Position numbers and translations under genes: made by a program
Notes under the pieces: generated by a model
What the model was told of the DNA's origin: nothing
The model's database searches: none
The model's input: the letters and a program-made list of their open reading frames with translations, nothing else
From: a bacterium
GTDB taxonomy: Bacteria; Patescibacteriota; Microgenomatia; JAMCZE01
Direction of reading: 5' to 3'
DNA: 64,000 bases
NCBI GenBank assembly: GCA_021836035.1
Contig: JAKBJL010000003.1
Location: 68,135 to 132,134, forward strand
Shown here: positions 58,532 through 64,000 of the stretch, piece after piece
Position numbering within the stretch: the first letter of the stretch is position 1
How the letters are laid out: the number at the start of each line of letters is the position of its first letter

Positions 58532-59487
58532 GTATACAGTTTGCCAATGATCTTACCCTCCCCATCTACTTTAGGAACCCAAAATCTATTTCTTACGTCT
58601 CTGGGTTTTTCCAGACCATAAACTAAGGCAAATGTTTGGCAAATGGTGTCTACAACTTCTGCGGTAACATGTCTCTTGTCGGCTTGCCAAGCGTTACCCC
58701 CGCTTCTTTCGGTAAGGGCTTGAGCTATTTCATATGAAGGGAAATACCCAACGTCTGATCTTTCTTGAAGTAGTTGTCGTAGCGCGACAAGAAGAGTCGC
58801 CTTTGATAGGTTATTTGCTTCCCTTATGGATAGTTGTGAAGCAGTAAATTTGAGGGGGATAGGAGAAAGGGTAAATATAATCGGGCATTTGTCGCTAATA
58901 TGCGTACGGACAACATTCACTGATTGTATCAAGGCATGTTGAACTTCGATTGTCGTGGCGAATCTTTCAACCCAAGCGCCTTTGTTTATTCGTATGCTTC
59001 CAGTAGGGACTTGATTTAAAACGATTTCAGGATTGGCCGCAGGACACCAAACTTCTGATAATCCCAAGGTTATTATAAAAGCGGAGGTGTTTTGCAAGTG
59101 ACTCTTTGCTTTTTGGTCAAACTTGCTGTTTAGACTTTGAAGTTCTTCCTTAGTTTTCGCTACGAGCCACGTCCGCCACGGGTCTCTGAATCGTCCTTCG
59201 CCACTTACACTAATTTCTTTCAGTACGTGACTTTCCAACGGAACTGGAGAATATAAGCGTTCCAATTCTTTATGTATGGAAAAGGGGTTATATAAGATGT
59301 CCCACGGCTGTTCTCTGTCGGTGTAGCGGTGGTGAATAAGCCAGCGATTAAAATTTCGGGCGAAACAGCTGCCCATAGCTGATATTTTTATAGGGTTGAG
59401 TTTTATTCCGCTGTCAGGAATTTTGGGTAATTCCGCCCAACCCCATCTGTCCGTAAATATTTCTGGTTGTTCGTGTCGGTTTACCAT
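58528..59487 (-). CDS. GSCFA domain protein (SGNH hydrolase-like)
   Basis: MGSCFA, YNPFSI, IITLGLSEVW, FTLSPIP, SKATL, YFPSYE, DKRHV. Confidence 0.9.
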   Translation of the reverse strand: MVNRHEQPEIFTDRWGWAELPKIPDSGIKLNPIKISAMGSCFARNFNRWLIHHRYTDREQPWDILYNPFSIHKELERLYSPVPLESHVLKEISVSGEGRFRDPWRTWLVAKTKEELQSLNSKFDQKAKSHLQNTSAFIITLGLSEVWCPAANPEIVLNQVPTGSIRINKGAWVERFATTIEVQHALIQSVNVVRTHISDKCPIIFTLSPIPLKFTASQLSIREANNLSKATLLVALRQLLQERSDVGYFPSYEIAQALTERSGGNAWQADKRHVTAEVVDTICQTFALVYGLEKPRDVRNRFWVPKVDGEGKIIGKLYT

Positions 59488-59490
59488 ATT

Positions 59491-60804
59491 TTATCTACTG
59501 TCAATTTTAACGCCGGCGGTACGTAGATCACGAACAAGGCTAGAATAACCGCGTTGTATTTGGGGATAATTTTTAATTATCGTTTTGGCACTTCTTCCCA
59601 ACGCTCCTACTAATAACGCTGCGCCTGAGCGAATATCTGTGGCTTCAACGGTCACCACTTCGGAATTATCAGAAGCAGTTCCTTCGATGCTAACTCCGTT
59701 GCCTCTTGTCTCTAATTTATAGCCCATCAAATTTAATCCTGTGACGTGGGCCGAACGTTTGTCATAAACATTATCGATAATAACACTGTTTCCCCGACAC
59801 CCCGCGAGGGCGGCAGAGAGCAATGGCCCCATATCAGAAGGAAATCCAGGCCAGACATCACAGATAATTTCTCCGGGGTGGATAATATCACTTTTATTAA
59901 CCGAAAATCTGGTGCCTTCAACTGAACCTTCAAAATCAACACCTATTGTCTTGAGCAAGCGGGCTAAAAATTCTGGTAGATTGCCAATTTCTTTTAATTT
60001 GATTTTGCCTCCGGCAGCCAAAAGACAAGCAATATAAGTAAAAGCGGCTGTGAAGTCCGGGGGTAGGTCAAGTTCAGGATTTTTATGACTCTTACTTTTT
60101 GCGCGGCCTATTGTAATTGTCCGGTCTACAATATTAATTTTCTTATTGGTTGCAAGCTCAACGTATCGAGCTAGTGTGATTACGGCAGGCTCTAAAGCAC
60201 AATTATGAAGGGTGATAGGTTTATCATAAGCTAGACTGGCGATTAGAGCATGACAGGTAACCCCAACACTTGGTCCGTATTTTTGTGTGGAGCAACCAAA
60301 GTTAACTTCTTCGGGTTGTTCGGCTAGTGTGGCGATGTATTGATCGGCTTTCGTTTCAATTCTGACGCCAAAAGTGCGCATCAAATCAAAATGCCGATCG
60401 ATTTTTCTTTCGGTAAAATTGCAACCGCCTGTTCCTTTAAAAACGGTTCTTCCGTGCCTTATTGATTGTGCCGTAACGAGACAAATATTGCTTCTGGTGT
60501 CCCCAAGTTCTGACAAATCAACAGGGTGCTTGTTAGTAAAGTCTGGTTCAATAGTTAGGGCATTGTCTGTAAAATCAACGTCAGCGACGCTATTGGAGCC
60601 GACCCAATTCAGGATCCGTGTTACGTCTCCGCAGAGGTGGATGTTTTTAATTCTTGTCCTACCCTCTGAAGCCAGCGCTGCAAGTAGTAAATGGACAGAA
60701 GCTATTTTATCGCCGGGTACGACTATCTCCCCAGCCATAGGATTTCCGGGAGTGATTGTTATTTCACTTATAGAACTTTCTGATTCTAGTTTTGGGATTA
60801 CCAT
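59491..60804 (-). CDS. divergent MurA-like enolpyruvyl transferase
   Basis: PGDK, GGC...R.ID.H, SVG.T, PGFPSDM, R..HV, ATDIRSGAAL, RGY; start taken at MVIPKL. Confidence 0.85.
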   Translation of the reverse strand: MVIPKLESESSISEITITPGNPMAGEIVVPGDKIASVHLLLAALASEGRTRIKNIHLCGDVTRILNWVGSNSVADVDFTDNALTIEPDFTNKHPVDLSELGDTRSNICLVTAQSIRHGRTVFKGTGGCNFTERKIDRHFDLMRTFGVRIETKADQYIATLAEQPEEVNFGCSTQKYGPSVGVTCHALIASLAYDKPITLHNCALEPAVITLARYVELATNKKINIVDRTITIGRAKSKSHKNPELDLPPDFTAAFTYIACLLAAGGKIKLKEIGNLPEFLARLLKTIGVDFEGSVEGTRFSVNKSDIIHPGEIICDVWPGFPSDMGPLLSAALAGCRGNSVIIDNVYDKRSAHVTGLNLMGYKLETRGNGVSIEGTASDNSEVVTVEATDIRSGAALLVGALGRSAKTIIKNYPQIQRGYSSLVRDLRTAGVKIDSR

Positions 60805-60890
60805 AAATCTAGAGTTTATTGTAATATGTACTATAAGCTTGGTCAATCTGAACGGAAAATAGGTTATAATTACATGGAGTAGCGAAATGA

Positions 60891-61698
60891 AGATATGTTG
60901 AGTGTCGGGACGGGGTCAGCATAGCTCCAACTCCGCAAGACCTCCACTTTAGCTTCGATTTTCAACTTCCACCTTTAATGAAGGGTCGGGTAATTGCCAC
61001 AAGAGACGAATTGGGACGGATTAAGCGGTCCGAAGTCCCACCTATGCCACTTTACGCGCAACTTGCTGTAATTAGGGGTATACCCCATAAGTGAACTTAT
61101 GCAATGCCAATTCATAAAACCAGAGGGGAAACAATGTGGAGCTCAAGCAATGAAGGAGACAACCTTTTGCTTTAGCCATAATCCTGAAACCCAGGAGGAA
61201 AAGTTGTTAGCTGTTTCCAAAGGCGGCCACAATAGTAGAACTCTTGAATTGGACCTTCCGGCAATTACTCTTAAATACACCGGAGCAGGTAGTTAAGCTT
61301 TTGGAGGACACCATCAACGAAGTTCGCAGCGGAAATATCCCACCCAATATTGCTAACACGGTTGGTTATTTAGCCGGACACTTACTAAAAGCTATAGAGG
61401 TTAGCAGTATCGATAAACGCTTGGAAATTGTCGAAAGTGTCTTAATCCAACGAAAAGCCAAATTTAGGAGGTAACCATGAGTGCATTAAATCTTGCCAAA
61501 ACATCAACACTTATGACTGCAACCGAAAGGGCAAAGATGGTCATTACTTTACAGTTAAAAGCACTTAAAGAAGTAAGTGATAAAAAAATTAACGAGGAGA
61601 ATTTGTTTGACCATAACTCACCGGTTTCACTGACAAATATCCAAATTGAGCAAATTGTAAACGGCTGCCCCAGTTCACAAGGTGCCAATCAAGTATAA
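60891..61698 (+). mobile_element. decayed end of an integrated element (start-less ORF tail, frameshifted Cys/His gene, truncated ORF)
   Basis: Start-less open frame 60891-61094; 61099-61474 reads MQCQFIKPEGKQC...FCFSHNP...SKGG / LLEDTINEVRSG with a frameshift near 61272; 61477-61698 looks truncated. Confidence 0.5.
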
Positions 61699-61775
61699 TT
61701 TTTTCCACGAAACCAGAACGAAGTGTTCCAAAAGCAGAGAAAACTTTCTACAATAGTCCTAAACATAGAATTAAT

Positions 61776-64000
61776 ATGGAGTACACTCAAGAACCATCCG
61801 GTGTGGGTTCTAGGGTTGGTCGGTTTCGCGAAAACCTGAATTTGTCGCTTCATGCTCCAGAACCAATAGCTCCTTGTACTGCCTATTTCTACGAGAAGCT
61901 ATTCAGAAGAGGTAAACCAATCGCTCCTAAGATTGCAGAAAACCTCAGACGAGTGGAGGCTTATCGGGTGCGCGGAAAATACAATGACGATACAGCTAAA
62001 GTTGTTGCTTCTGAGTATCGAGCGTTGGGTTATCTTTATGGAGATAGGGAAACAACATCTGCAGACGGGCTCCCGGAAAACCCATTGATTGATATTCTTA
62101 CTCTTATCTCTGGACCTGGTTACAAACCGGGGATACATTTCCAACTTGCTGTTACGGGACCGCCAGAGCAAATAGAACGGTACAGAAATGTTGACCCTAG
62201 TGCTAAACAGGATCAGTATTCTTATTCTGAAAATAAACTGGGAGAGAGGAAAGTTTTTCGGACCTTGTCTCGCTTTGGAGATACTCAAGGAACAATAGCG
62301 CGGGGGCTACATATCTTTGCCAGAATTACAGATCGCTATCCTGAACTTTTGAAACCTACACTAGAAGAATACGTAAAAACAGTGACAAAAGGAGAGGGAA
62401 ACACCACCGGTATGGCCGTTGGAATGTTAGAGTTACTGTTTAATATGGACTTAATCCAGGATCCTAGATTTTCCCATTTGAGCTCCTCACTACGCAATAT
62501 GGTGCTTAATGATGCGGGCGACATCGAGAATCTGAAACAACAGTACTTCTATCGTGTTACAGAATATAACCCATTTTGGTTAGACGGCGAAAGGGAGATT
62601 AAGCATACAAGAGCGGTTCTTTATGGTGCTGAAAAAACGGAGGTTGAGCCTGAAGCTGCATTACCACTCGCTTTCCCAGAATCAGATCAATGGGATTACG
62701 CGGTGAGGAAGCGAGCTGAGGCAGTAGCAACTATTACCGAACTTACACCAGCCACTTCCATTACTAGATCAGCTCAAAAATCTGAGCGCACATTGGATAC
62801 ATTTACATCTGACCTTCGCAATACAATACGCCAAAAGTCGGAATTAGTTGAAGCTATAAGACTGCAAAATCAACGGCTGCCATTTGAACTTCGAAGGACC
62901 TGGGAAACTTGGCTGGAAAATTTCAGTAAAGACAGGAAAACAACACCCTCAGACGTGATGCTTATTGAGGGTGCTGTAAAGTTGATTATGGGCAACTTCG
63001 TCACGGACAGGAATCTTTCCAGAAAATCGGCTAATCACGCTACCAGTGCAGAAAATCAAGTTTATAAAATCGATCAGGAAGCTCTTCTGCGAGATCCACT
63101 ATTTAACTGGGTTTTTGCACTGAGAGACGACAAGTTGGCAGCCAGTTTTGAAAAGGGCGCAGCAGCTCATCCCGAGGAATTTTCTCTGCTTCTTCGTCTC
63201 ATGACGTATGATACTGCTGCAAGATTTCTTCGTAAAAAAGAGGCAAAGTTTCTGTTTGACCCTCATTATAAAGAGAAGGTTGACCCAGAGACAATGGTCA
63301 AGATTGTCCGAGGCCTGCGAGATTTAGTGAACAGACACCGCCCAGATATTAAGAATATCTTCCTGGAAACTATAGGTGAGGGTGACAAACAAATTGGAGA
63401 CTTGATGGAGAAAAAGCGTGTCGCAAAGGTCAAAAAGAACCTGAACACTCTCACTTATGAAGAACCGGTGCCGTTAGTGCAAGTGGATAAATCAAAAAAA
63501 ATGAATCGAAGAGCTTTTCTAAAAACCATGGGCTATACGGCAGTAGCCTTAGGAACTGCCGGTACTTACTGCGGGATAATAAAGTACACTTTCGACCAAG
63601 GTGGCAAAGAGAACTCTGACTTTGCCAAGGTAGACGCACTTATCAAAAATTCCTTACGTTCAATTGATAACGTTCGAAATAGAACTCCCGACGCAATAAA
63701 GTCAGGGGAATTAAAACTGCTCCGGCCGTTCTTTTACGGGTTTATTCTTAACCTTCCAAGAAAATATTTTTCCGGCGCTGATGGTGAAGATATCGGATAT
63801 TTCCCAGTGCGATGGTTAGAATTTGGGCAGTATGACTACTTTGACTCTGATAAACAGAAAACCCCATTTAGCAATGTCCTGGTAGTTGATTCACTTGCGA
63901 AGGCAAACTTGAGGTTTCAATCTGACCAATTAGTCATTTATCCAAAGGAACTTACCACGACGATGCTTCCCCCCGTGGGATGGAAAATTGTACAGGTGGT
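61776..64000 (+). CDS. large hypothetical protein (>740 aa, runs off the window) with an internal twin-arginine-like motif and TM
   Basis: Not in the ORF track. Manually read open from ATG 61776 (MEYTQEPSG...) to 64000 with no stop; MNRRAFLKTMGYTAVALG at 63501. Confidence 0.85.
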   Translation, partial: MEYTQEPSGVGSRVGRFRENLNLSLHAPEPIAPCTAYFYEKLFRRGKPIAPKIAENLRRVEAYRVRGKYNDDTAKVVASEYRALGYLYGDRETTSADGLPENPLIDILTLISGPGYKPGIHFQLAVTGPPEQIERYRNVDPSAKQDQYSYSENKLGERKVFRTLSRFGDTQGTIARGLHIFARITDRYPELLKPTLEEYVKTVTKGEGNTTGMAVGMLELLFNMDLIQDPRFSHLSSSLRNMVLNDAGDIENLKQQYFYRVTEYNPFWLDGEREIKHTRAVLYGAEKTEVEPEAALPLAFPESDQWDYAVRKRAEAVATITELTPATSITRSAQKSERTLDTFTSDLRNTIRQKSELVEAIRLQNQRLPFELRRTWETWLENFSKDRKTTPSDVMLIEGAVKLIMGNFVTDRNLSRKSANHATSAENQVYKIDQEALLRDPLFNWVFALRDDKLAASFEKGAAAHPEEFSLLLRLMTYDTAARFLRKKEAKFLFDPHYKEKVDPETMVKIVRGLRDLVNRHRPDIKNIFLETIGEGDKQIGDLMEKKRVAKVKKNLNTLTYEEPVPLVQVDKSKKMNRRAFLKTMGYTAVALGTAGTYCGIIKYTFDQGGKENSDFAKVDALIKNSLRSIDNVRNRTPDAIKSGELKLLRPFFYGFILNLPRKYFSGADGEDIGYFPVRWLEFGQYDYFDSDKQKTPFSNVLVVDSLAKANLRFQSDQLVIYPKELTTTMLPPVGWKIVQV

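Noticed and set aside
60904-60948. tmRNA or tRNA 3'-end-like sequence (GGGACGGGG...CTCCAC)
   Set aside because: No GTTCRA T-loop, no CCA end and no matching 5' acceptor strand.
199-63639. Numerous short antisense or alternate-frame ORFs in the track (e.g. 4458-4907, 17112-17639, 40079-40555, 47113-47625, 61899-62288)
   Set aside because: They are shadows of well-supported genes on the other strand or frame and have no recognisable motifs.

Overview
Chromosomal segment of a small-genome bacterium, most likely Patescibacteria/CPR of Microgenomates type. This is inferred from the short EF-Ts, the rpsB-tsf-frr block without pyrH, the two-domain ThyX, the many orphan ORFs and leaderless-style promoters. 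Code 11 applies (TGA is used as stop). Bases 1-39k are mostly housekeeping genes: rarA, mreBCD-PBP2, a decayed dprA, topA, pyrG-dut-thyX-tmk-glyA-folD, rpsB-tsf-frr, rseP, proS, a dinB/SRAP mutagenesis cassette, a P-type ATPase, HIT-rpsU-yqeY-ybeY-dnaX-ybaB-recR and cysS. Bases 39-57k are accessory and orphan genes. From about 57.3k the sequence looks compositionally foreign and carries a divergent MurA, a GSCFA protein, a serine hydrolase, a remnant of an integrated element and a >740-aa ORF missing from the ORF track. The best novelty candidate is a ~170-nt non-coding element present in two diverged copies 32 kb apart (2799-2974 and 34713-34874). It folds on the minus strand into a long hairpin with compensatory changes and has a near-invariant ~29-nt apical region, so it is a candidate structured RNA family. 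Other leads are 7-nt and 9-nt microrepeats and small palindromes inserted in-frame into core genes, a TTCGG-N6-TTCGG operator in the dinB cassette promoter, a cryptic sigma70 region-4 remnant, a stand-alone HATPase module and the MurA-like trio. No CRISPR array, tRNA, rRNA, reverse transcriptase or intact integrase was seen. All calls come from reading the sequence by eye; no database searches were run.
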